A stretch of DNA of 32,000 nt. Source: Candidatus Pacearchaeota archaeon (lineage in GTDB: Archaea; Nanobdellota; Nanobdellia; Pacearchaeales; UBA284). Location of the stretch: assembly GCA_026016245.1 (NCBI GenBank), contig CP061211.1, positions 270,001-302,000 on the forward strand. Direction: 5' to 3'. A model generated the notes under the pieces. The model saw nothing but the letters and a program-made list of their open reading frames with translations. It did not search any database and was not told the DNA's origin. Shown here one piece after another: positions 16,842 through 24,859 of the stretch (position 1 is the first letter of the stretch; the number at the start of each line of letters is the position of its first letter). Position numbers and translations under genes: made by a program.

Positions 16842-17322
16842 TTTGGATAAAATATTTAAATCCAAAAATCAACTAAGTAATATGAGGAAAAAAGATAAAA
16901 AAGGAATTTCTCCAGTTGTTGCAACTGTCCTGCTTATAGTTGTCGCAATAGCACTTTTTTTGCTTATTTTTATGTGGCTTCGTGGTTTTCAAAAGGAAGC
17001 TATAACAAAAGATGGCACACCAATAGAATTAGTATGTAATGAAATCAATTTTGATATTTCTTATAATAGTGTTATAGAAACATTACAAGTAGTTAATATG
17101 GGGGATTATCCTATTCATAGAGCAGAGATTTATCGTGTGACTGAAACAAGTACAACTAAATTGGGGGATATTTCTGGAATAACTCCTGGTACAACTGGAA
17201 TAATAAGTGGAATAGCATGTATGGAACAAATAAAAGTTATTCCTGTTTTGCTTGGAATAACTAAATCTGGAGCTCAAGAAGAATATGTTTGTGAAAACCA
17301 AGCACAAACCATTTCATGTTAA
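16834..17322 (+). CDS. Archaeal type IV pilin-like protein
   Basis: KKDKKGISPVVATVLLIVVAIALFLLIFMW, classic archaeal pilin N-terminal motif. Confidence 0.75.
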   Translation: MNNLDKIFKSKNQLSNMRKKDKKGISPVVATVLLIVVAIALFLLIFMWLRGFQKEAITKDGTPIELVCNEINFDISYNSVIETLQVVNMGDYPIHRAEIYRVTETSTTKLGDISGITPGTTGIISGIACMEQIKVIPVLLGITKSGAQEEYVCENQAQTISC

Positions 17323-17347
17323 AAAATTATACTAAAAGAGGTAAAAA

Positions 17348-17830
17348 ATGAAAAATAAAAAAGGAATTGAACCTGTGATTGCAACAGTTTTGCTTATAGT
17401 GATCACAATTGTTGTTGTGGCTTTAGTTATTGCTTTTGTAGTGCCTTTTGTACAAGAACAAATGAAGGGAGCAGAATTGTGTTATGGGGCTAGAGTTGAA
17501 ATCAAAGAAGCTTGTTTCAATTACACAGATAGTCATTTAGTAATAAGGATTGGTCGTGGAGCAGAAGATTTTGAACTTGTAGGTATTGTAGTACAAGCCT
17601 CAGTAGCAGAAGTAACCAAAACCCATATTCTGAAAGAAGATACAGATTATGGAGATGGGCTACCAAAAGTTTTAGAGGAGATCCAATATAAAATACCTTT
17701 AACTGCATTTGATATTGCAGACAATATAAATATAACTTCAGTTGCAATTTCTCCAGTAGTTAAGAGTGGAGTTACAGAAAAAACTTGTGAGATTACTTCA
17801 CAGATGACTATCAGTATATGTCCTGAGTAA
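17348..17830 (+). CDS. Archaeal type IV pilin-like protein
   Basis: MKNKKGIEPVIATVLLIVITIVVVALVIAFVVPFV. Confidence 0.75.
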   Translation: MKNKKGIEPVIATVLLIVITIVVVALVIAFVVPFVQEQMKGAELCYGARVEIKEACFNYTDSHLVIRIGRGAEDFELVGIVVQASVAEVTKTHILKEDTDYGDGLPKVLEEIQYKIPLTAFDIADNINITSVAISPVVKSGVTEKTCEITSQMTISICPE

Positions 17831-17837
17831 ATAGAAA

Positions 17838-18350
17838 ATGAAAAAACAAGCAGTAGTTTGGGTTTCTACAGTTCTTTATATTTTAATTAGTCTGGCTATC
17901 CTTGGTATTGTGTTAGCAGCTGTACAGCCAAGGATTAAAGCAGCAAGAGATAAGGCAGCTATAGACCAGACAGTAAACATGTTGAATGAGCTTGATCAAA
18001 AGATAATTGAAGTGGATAGTTCAGCAGAAGGAAATGTCAGATCAATAAGCTTGCAGCTGAAAAGAGGTATTCTTATAATTGATAAGGATGAAGATGAAAT
18101 AAAATGGACTCTTGAAGACTCCTCCTATAAATATAGTGAGCCAGGAACAACAATCATCATTGGTAGAATCAAAGCTCTCACAGAAGAAGTCCCAGGAGGT
18201 TTTAATGTTACTTTAACTTTGGATTATCAAAATAATCTAAACATAACTTCTAGCTTGGTATTGCAGCCTGCTGAAATTCCATACAAAGTTTTTATGAAAA
18301 ATGAGGGTTTGTATGAAAAACTTAATCAGATTAAAATTTATTCTACTTAA
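17838..18350 (+). CDS. Pilin-like membrane-anchored protein
   Basis: MKKQAVVWVSTVLYILISLAILGIVLAAVQP hydrophobic N-terminus; tandem with preceding pilin-like genes. Confidence 0.55.
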   Translation: MKKQAVVWVSTVLYILISLAILGIVLAAVQPRIKAARDKAAIDQTVNMLNELDQKIIEVDSSAEGNVRSISLQLKRGILIIDKDEDEIKWTLEDSSYKYSEPGTTIIIGRIKALTEEVPGGFNVTLTLDYQNNLNITSSLVLQPAEIPYKVFMKNEGLYEKLNQIKIYST

Positions 18351-18388
18351 TAAGAAAATTTAAATATAGTTCATTACTTTTTTTATCT

Positions 18389-19693
18389 ATGCTTGATCCA
18401 AAGTTTATTCGAGAAAACTCAAAAGAGGTAAAAGAAGCCATAAAAAACAGGCAGCTTGATCCTAAACTTGTTGATGCTTTTATTCAAAAAGATAAAAAAT
18501 ATAGAGAGCTAAAACAGAAAGTTGATAATTTAAGATATCAGCGTAATAAGATTTCTGAGGATATTAATCGGCTAAAGAAGTTAAAAAAAGAGAGTGAAGT
18601 AAGGAAAAAAATAAAGGAAGCCAAAGAAATTCCTAATAAAATCAAGAAGATAGAGGATGAAATAAGAAGATTCGAACCAAATATAAGAAATTTACTTCTT
18701 ACAATTCCTAATATGCCAGCAAAAGATGTTCCTATAGGTAAAAGTGAGAAAGATAACAAAATAATCAAAAAATATAGTAAGATACAAAAATTCAAATTTA
18801 AAGTTAAAGGCCATGAAGAACTTGCCACAAATTTTGATTTGCTTGATATTGAAAGAGCTGCAAAAGTTTCAGGAGCCCGCTTTTATTACCTGAAAAATGA
18901 GGCTGTGATTCTTGACCACGCTTTACAAAGATTTGCCCTAGATTTTATGAAAAAGAAAGGCTATCAACTTATAGAGCCTCCCTTTATGTTAAAAAAAAGA
19001 CCTTATGAAGGGGTTGCTCATCTAGAAACTTTCGGGGAAATGCTGTATAAAATTCAAGATGAAGATCTTTATTTAATAGCAACAGCAGAACATCCTCTTG
19101 CTGTTTATCACATGAATGAAGTTTTAAATAATAAAAACCTTCCAATAAAGTTTGCTGGGATTAGTCCTTGTTTTAGAAAAGAAGCAGGAAGTCATGGTAG
19201 AGATACTAAAGGAATTTTCAGAGTTCATCAATTTAACAAAGTAGAGCAATTTATATTTTGCAAGCCAGAAGAGAGCAAAAGATTACATAAAGAACTTTTG
19301 AAAAATATGGAAGAAATTTATAAGGCATTAAAAATTCCTTATAGAATTGTTGAAATGTGTACAAGTGAGTTGGGAAAATTAGCTGCAAAACAATATGATA
19401 TAGAAGCCTGGTTCCCTGCTCAACAAAATTATAGGGAGATCACTTCTTGTTCTAACTGTACAGATTATCAAGCAAGAAGATTAAATATAAGATTTTTTGA
19501 TGAAAACGGAGAGAGAAAATTTGTTCATACACTAAATGCAACAGCCATACCAACACAAAGAACAATAGCTACAATCCTAGAAAATTATCAGCAGAAAGAT
19601 GGCAGCATTAAGATTCCTAATGTTCTACAAAAATATTGTGGATTTAAAATAATAAAAGGTAAATCAAAAAAGAAAATAAAGAAAAAGAAGTGA
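18389..19693 (+). CDS. serS: Seryl-tRNA synthetase
   Basis: N-terminal coiled-coil; class II motif 2 region ISPCFRKEAGSHGRDTKGIFRVHQFNKVEQF; motif 3 region NATAIPTQRTIATILENYQQKDGSIKIP. Confidence 0.93.
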   Translation: MLDPKFIRENSKEVKEAIKNRQLDPKLVDAFIQKDKKYRELKQKVDNLRYQRNKISEDINRLKKLKKESEVRKKIKEAKEIPNKIKKIEDEIRRFEPNIRNLLLTIPNMPAKDVPIGKSEKDNKIIKKYSKIQKFKFKVKGHEELATNFDLLDIERAAKVSGARFYYLKNEAVILDHALQRFALDFMKKKGYQLIEPPFMLKKRPYEGVAHLETFGEMLYKIQDEDLYLIATAEHPLAVYHMNEVLNNKNLPIKFAGISPCFRKEAGSHGRDTKGIFRVHQFNKVEQFIFCKPEESKRLHKELLKNMEEIYKALKIPYRIVEMCTSELGKLAAKQYDIEAWFPAQQNYREITSCSNCTDYQARRLNIRFFDENGERKFVHTLNATAIPTQRTIATILENYQQKDGSIKIPNVLQKYCGFKIIKGKSKKKIKKKK

Positions 19694-19706
19694 AAGGAGG
19701 TGTGAA

Positions 19707-20111
19707 ATGAAAAAATCTACAGCTGAATTATGGGTGAAGATTATTGCTATTCTTGGATTTATTGGAGCAGTATTAGCAGTTATCGCTGGAATTGCTATGT
19801 TAATAGGTGGAAGCTTCTTGCCAGCTATTTTTCCTTACTTTGAACAAGAAGCATGGGGAGGAGTAATTGTTGGCGGTGTTTTAGTATTTGTTGGAATATT
19901 AATCATGGCATTCGGAGTTTTTGAGTTTATTGTGGCTCTAAATCTTTGGCAACATAAGAATTGGGCAAGAATAATAATGATGATATTTGCAGTTTTAGGA
20001 ATAATTTCTGGATTAATAGCTCTACCAGGAGGAATAGTAAGCTTAGTGATTTATGGGGGAATCTTCTATCTGCTTGTCTTGAACAAGGATATCATAAAAC
20101 TTTTCCGTTAA
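19707..20111 (+). CDS. Small multi-pass membrane protein
   Basis: 134 aa with about four hydrophobic segments. Confidence 0.6.
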   Translation: MKKSTAELWVKIIAILGFIGAVLAVIAGIAMLIGGSFLPAIFPYFEQEAWGGVIVGGVLVFVGILIMAFGVFEFIVALNLWQHKNWARIIMMIFAVLGIISGLIALPGGIVSLVIYGGIFYLLVLNKDIIKLFR

Positions 20112-20231
20112 ATCTTTGTTTTTTATTTTTTAATTTTTCTTTTTATTTTCCTATTTTAATTCTTTATTATTACTATTCCTAAATGACTAAAATTCGGACA
20201 TTTTAAATATCCCCATTTCTTACTATATAAA

Positions 20232-21647
20232 ATGGCAAATAAGAATCCAAGGCTAAAAGAATTTAATGATTTATGTAGGAATGTAGCACAGTATTATGCT
20301 AAGAAAGATCTTTACAAATATTTAGATCTTTCCTTAGATTTAATTGGTTTTAAAGATAAAAAAAAGCCAGAACTTCTTGAACAGCTTCTTAAGGATAAAG
20401 AGATTAAAAAAGAAGCAAAAATCTGGGGGACAGTTCATGAAGCATATGAATTAGGCTGTGATATTTTTGAAATTGAGGTAAAAGAATACAAGGAATCAAA
20501 AGAAGAAAAAGTAATAGAAAAAGAGATTCCTAAACCAAAAATTTCAGTTCCTGCTCTTGTTAAGACAAAATCCTTAATACCAGCAGTTCTAAGATCAGTA
20601 ATAAAAAAACCAAAGCCAATAATATATGCTAAAAAACCTAAGCAACCTAAACCAAAACCTATTGTTGAAAAAGTAGAGCTGAAAAAAGAATACATAAAGC
20701 CTGAGCCTATAAAAGCAGAACCAATAAAAGAAAGAAAAAAGACTAAGGTAAATCCTTGGAATATTGGCATTCCTATTGGTATTGCTGCCACATCTTGCCT
20801 TATGGCATTCTTGTATTTAAGCAGCCAGATAAAAAATATAGAAGCTAATATTTATAATAAGAAACTTGAGTGTTTAGATACAATAACTTCTCAGTTAGAT
20901 AATTTTAATATAGGCAGATCAGTATATCATGAATTAACTCATGATTCCTTAATTGAAGGAGAAAGTAAGGTTTCTTTAGCAAAACTTGTGAGTTATGATA
21001 AAGGAGATGAAAATATAAAAGAGAAACTTGAATCAATTCAGCTAAATCTTGATCCTGGAAATCCTCTTGGTGAAGATGGATATATAATAACAAGTGGATA
21101 TTTTGCTGTAAGGCACACTGGAGGTCCTGGCAGCACTAAAACAAGACTTCATAATGCTCTTGATATGGTCGCAAAAAAAGGAAAAGTAAAACATGAACTT
21201 TATCATATAGGTTGTGGGGGTAATGTAACAAGAGCAGGATATAATAGAAATTTATGGCAATATGGGAATCTAGTAGAAGTGTTAACTGATGATGGATATT
21301 ATATGAGGTTTGGCCATCTTTCAAAAATTTCAGTAAAAGTTGGGGAAAGAGTAGAGGTTGGAGAGCTTATAGGTTTTATGGGAAATACAGGAAGATGTTC
21401 AATAAGCGAGAAAACAGGAAAAAAAGCAATACATCTACATCTAGAAACTTTCTACAGAGGAAAAAGTGGTGAAAAAATATTATTCAATCCAATAAAATTT
21501 CTCAGAAAGGGTCATTTTGGGAAAGCTAAGAATGGGATTAATAAAGTGAAACAATTTATCACACAATCTTTTCCATCTCCTCCAAGCCAAGAAAAATCTT
21601 CTTATGATGCTGATTTTATCATGTTCCGAGAAATAGAATATGATTAG
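20232..21647 (+). CDS. Membrane-anchored M23 (LytM-like) metallopeptidase
   Basis: RLHNALDM (HxxxD) and AIHLHLE (HxH) zinc ligands, RFGHLSKISVKVGERVEVGELIGFMGNTG, and a TM segment GIPIGIAATSCLMAFLYL. Confidence 0.85.
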   Translation: MANKNPRLKEFNDLCRNVAQYYAKKDLYKYLDLSLDLIGFKDKKKPELLEQLLKDKEIKKEAKIWGTVHEAYELGCDIFEIEVKEYKESKEEKVIEKEIPKPKISVPALVKTKSLIPAVLRSVIKKPKPIIYAKKPKQPKPKPIVEKVELKKEYIKPEPIKAEPIKERKKTKVNPWNIGIPIGIAATSCLMAFLYLSSQIKNIEANIYNKKLECLDTITSQLDNFNIGRSVYHELTHDSLIEGESKVSLAKLVSYDKGDENIKEKLESIQLNLDPGNPLGEDGYIITSGYFAVRHTGGPGSTKTRLHNALDMVAKKGKVKHELYHIGCGGNVTRAGYNRNLWQYGNLVEVLTDDGYYMRFGHLSKISVKVGERVEVGELIGFMGNTGRCSISEKTGKKAIHLHLETFYRGKSGEKILFNPIKFLRKGHFGKAKNGINKVKQFITQSFPSPPSQEKSSYDADFIMFREIEYD

Positions 21648-21691
21648 AATTCTTCAAGAAGTTTTTTAAATTAAATTATCTTATTCTTATC

Positions 21692-22381
21692 ATGACTAAA
21701 AAAATAAAGAAGAAAAAAACAAAGACAAGGAAAAAGAAATTAAAAAAAGGGGAAGAGAAAAAAGAAAAACATTTCAAGATTCTAGCTATTGGTGATTTAC
21801 ATGGAGATAGTAGACAAGCTTCAAAATTAGCAAAAAAAGCAAAAAAGCAAAAAGTTGATCTTATCATTCTTTCTGGGGATCTTACATTTGCTGAATCTAG
21901 TATTGATTATCTCGTAGGGCCTTTTGCAAAAAGAAAACTTGATGTTTTAATAATTCCTGGAAATCATGAAACTCTTGCAACAGCAAATTTTTTAGAAAAA
22001 ATTTATAGCCCTCAAGTAAAGAATATCCATGGAAAAGGTCTTAAAAAAGAAGATATAGGAATTTTTGGTGCTGGAGGCGCAAACATAGGACTTTTTCAGT
22101 TAAGTGAGAAGGAAATTTATGATACATTACAAAGAGGATTCAAAAAAGTTAAAAATGTAAAAAAGAAAATAATGATTACTCATGTTCATCCTTCAAAAAC
22201 TTTAATGGCGAAACTTTCTCACTTTGTTCCAGGATCTGAGGGAGTAAGAAAAGCCATCCTAAAATTTAAACCTGACTTGGCCATCTGTAGCCATGTTCAT
22301 GAAGCTGAAGGTATTGAAGAGAAAATTGGAAAAACAAAAGTAATAAATGTCGGAAGAAAAGGCAAGATAATTGTGGTTTAG
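21692..22381 (+). CDS. Calcineurin-like metallophosphoesterase
   Basis: GDLHGD, LSGDLTF, PGNHE, THVHPS, CSHVHEAEGIEEKIGKTKVINVG. Confidence 0.9.
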   Translation: MTKKIKKKKTKTRKKKLKKGEEKKEKHFKILAIGDLHGDSRQASKLAKKAKKQKVDLIILSGDLTFAESSIDYLVGPFAKRKLDVLIIPGNHETLATANFLEKIYSPQVKNIHGKGLKKEDIGIFGAGGANIGLFQLSEKEIYDTLQRGFKKVKNVKKKIMITHVHPSKTLMAKLSHFVPGSEGVRKAILKFKPDLAICSHVHEAEGIEEKIGKTKVINVGRKGKIIVV

Positions 22382-22823
22382 AATGAGAAAGAAAAGAATA
22401 CCAAAACAATTAGGAATAGTAAGAGCAGTAATAGCATCTGGTCCAGTAATTCTAAAAAACAAAAAGATATTAGTTGTGTTGGATGATAAAGATCCTTTTT
22501 TAAAATTCCCTGGTGGAAGAATTCATTACAAAGAAGATTTGAAAAAAACTTGTTTGAGAAGAACCAAAGAGGAAATTGGAGTCAATATTGAGATTATTAG
22601 GCCATTAGATCCAATGCTTTTATGGAAAAAACCACACACAGGAGAAAAAATTCCTGTTGTTCTTATACATTGGCTTTCAAAACTTAAACCAAAACAGATT
22701 CCAAGAAAAGGTAAGCTTCCTCGAAAAATCTTTTGGATTGATTCTAAATATAAAGGTCATAAGTTAGCACCAAATGTTCAATATTTTCTAAAAAACCTGA
22801 AAAAAGAGAAGAAAATTAACTGA
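22371..22823 (+). CDS. Nudix-like hydrolase with imperfect Nudix box
   Basis: FPGGRIHYKEDLKKTCLRRTKEEIGVNIEI; fold-consistent, but the box reads RRTKEE rather than REUxEE. Confidence 0.7.
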   Translation: MWFRMRKKRIPKQLGIVRAVIASGPVILKNKKILVVLDDKDPFLKFPGGRIHYKEDLKKTCLRRTKEEIGVNIEIIRPLDPMLLWKKPHTGEKIPVVLIHWLSKLKPKQIPRKGKLPRKIFWIDSKYKGHKLAPNVQYFLKNLKKEKKIN

Positions 22824-24168
22824 GATATTTAACCATATAATGTCCTTCTAATTTATAACCAAGCTTTCTGTAATATTCACGAACACCTACCCCACTAATA
22901 ATAAAAATTTTCTTGTAGCTATATTCAGAAGCAATTTTTTCAGCTTCATCCATCAACCACTTTCCTAAACCGGTGTGTTGAGCTTTTCCTCTTGCTCTTT
23001 TACCAATTTTAAGAGCAGGGCCATAAACATGAAGCTCTCTAACAAGCAATATTTCTGATTTATCGGGAATTCTCAATCTAATGAGGCCAAAAATAATATC
23101 ATCTTTATTTATTATTTCAATAAAAAGTTCTTTTCCTTTAGACGCCTTATATTCTATCTTATTTAATTTAAGATCTTTTTTAATTTCTTTTTTCTTAAGT
23201 AAAGCAAAACCTATTTCTCTACATCTAATACAATTACATTTCAAACCTAGAACTTCCATTTTGTCATGGATAACTTTTCTAAGATCAATTCTTATTGTTC
23301 CTGCAACAAGAAAATCAGGAGGAATTTCTCTCATCACTCTCATAATTCTACAATATCTTGGAACAATTTGTTTGAATTCTATAATTAATTTGATTAATTG
23401 TTCTTTTGTGTAAGGTTTATATTTTCCTCTCTCATATAATCTTTCAAGCTCTGCTCCTTTGATAACTTGTGTTGGATAAATTTTTAATTGGTCAGGTTTA
23501 AAATCAGAATTTAAGAATAATTCTCTAAACATTCTGATATCTTTTTTAAAATTACTTCCAGGCAAACCAGGCATTATATGATAACCAATTTTAAAGCCAG
23601 CATTTTTCAGTCTGCGAGTTGCCTCAATTACATCTCTAACTGTATGGCCTCTGCAAACTTTCTTATAGATTTTATCATCTGGAGCCTGAACACCAAGCTC
23701 AACTCTTGTACAGCCAAATTCTAACATTTTCTCTATATCTTTTTTAGAACAAAAATCTGGCCTTGTTTCTATGCACAAAGCAACGCACCTATGCTCTGCT
23801 TTCTCATTAAGCTTTTTTGCTTGCTCTAGTGTTTTACTTATTTTGCCATTAAAAGCATCATAACATGCTTTGATGAAATTATATTGGTAGTTTTTAGGAT
23901 AAGCAGGAAATGTTCCACCCATTATAATAAGTTCAATCTTGTCAGTAGGATGTTTCATTGCTTGAAATGCTTTTAATCTAGCAAGAGTCTGTTTGTGAGG
24001 ATCATAATTTAACAACATAGCGCACATAATTGCTGGACTTTTGGGGGTATAAGATTGAGGAACAGCCAGAGTAGGACAGTAAAGACAGGTTCCGTGAGGG
24101 CATTTTCTAGGTTTAATAACTACTGCTAATGGTGTTACTCCAGATATTGTTTTTGTTGGTTTTCTCAC
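22816..24168 (-). CDS. elp3: Elp3-like tRNA uridine(34) acetyltransferase (radical SAM + GNAT)
   Basis: CPHGTCLYCPTLAVPQSYTPKSPA, LIIMGGTFPAYP, ETRPDFC, and C-terminal GNAT domain GKRARGKAQHTGLGKWLMDEAEKIA...ISGVGVREYYRKLGY. Confidence 0.93.
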   Translation of the reverse strand: MRKPTKTISGVTPLAVVIKPRKCPHGTCLYCPTLAVPQSYTPKSPAIMCAMLLNYDPHKQTLARLKAFQAMKHPTDKIELIIMGGTFPAYPKNYQYNFIKACYDAFNGKISKTLEQAKKLNEKAEHRCVALCIETRPDFCSKKDIEKMLEFGCTRVELGVQAPDDKIYKKVCRGHTVRDVIEATRRLKNAGFKIGYHIMPGLPGSNFKKDIRMFRELFLNSDFKPDQLKIYPTQVIKGAELERLYERGKYKPYTKEQLIKLIIEFKQIVPRYCRIMRVMREIPPDFLVAGTIRIDLRKVIHDKMEVLGLKCNCIRCREIGFALLKKKEIKKDLKLNKIEYKASKGKELFIEIINKDDIIFGLIRLRIPDKSEILLVRELHVYGPALKIGKRARGKAQHTGLGKWLMDEAEKIASEYSYKKIFIISGVGVREYYRKLGYKLEGHYMVKYLS

Positions 24169-24210
24169 AATAAGGGAAGAAATTTAAATCTTAAAAAGCT
24201 TCTTGATTAT

Positions 24211-24837
24211 ATGAAACAAAATCAGGAAAAAGTTTGGGATGCAATAGCAGAACAATGGTATCATTTTAGACAGAGACCTTTTAGAGATATTACTGCTGAG
24301 ATTGACAAAATAACTAGTGAATTCAAGCCTGGCAAGATTCTTGATATTGGATGTGGTAATTGTCGTCACTTATTGCCTTTTTTTAAAAGAGGTTTTGATT
24401 GTTATGGAATTGATTTTAGTAGTGAGATGTTGAAATATGCAAAGGAATTTTCTAAAAAATATGATTTTAAAGTCAAATTAAAGAAGGCAAAAGCAGAAAA
24501 ACTGCCTTTCAAGAACAAGAGTTTTAATTATGTTTTAAGCGTAGCTGTATTACATCATTTAAAAAAGAAAGAACAAGAGAAAGCTATTAAAGAAATATAT
24601 CGAATTCTAAAGCCAGGAGGAATAGCCCTTGTGTCTGTATGGAATAAATATCCTCTTCTGTCTTTATTTGTCAAAGAAAAATATGAAAAATGGACTGTTA
24701 AAGGTAAAACATACTACAGATACTTCTACATGTTTACTTCTTGGGAACTGAAAAAGTTATTAAAGAAAAATGGTTTTGAAATATCAAAGAGTAAGGTTGG
24801 GAAGAATATCATCTTAATCGTAAGAAAAATTTTATAA
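24211..24837 (+). CDS. SAM-dependent methyltransferase, Trm9/ALKBH8-like
   Basis: LDIGCGNCRHLLPFFKRGFDCYGIDFS, then NYVLSVAVLHHLKKKEQEKAIKEIYRILKPGGIALVSVWNKY, resembling the Trm9 SIAVxHH...GGxALIYxW region. Confidence 0.78.
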   Translation: MKQNQEKVWDAIAEQWYHFRQRPFRDITAEIDKITSEFKPGKILDIGCGNCRHLLPFFKRGFDCYGIDFSSEMLKYAKEFSKKYDFKVKLKKAKAEKLPFKNKSFNYVLSVAVLHHLKKKEQEKAIKEIYRILKPGGIALVSVWNKYPLLSLFVKEKYEKWTVKGKTYYRYFYMFTSWELKKLLKKNGFEISKSKVGKNIILIVRKIL

Positions 24838-24859
24838 GTAATATTATTTATTATTATCT

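Noticed and set aside
22371-22823. Nudix-like protein as a pseudoenzyme finding
   Set aside because: The Nudix box deviates at one Glu position only. Without alignment of homologues this is too weak to claim loss of activity.
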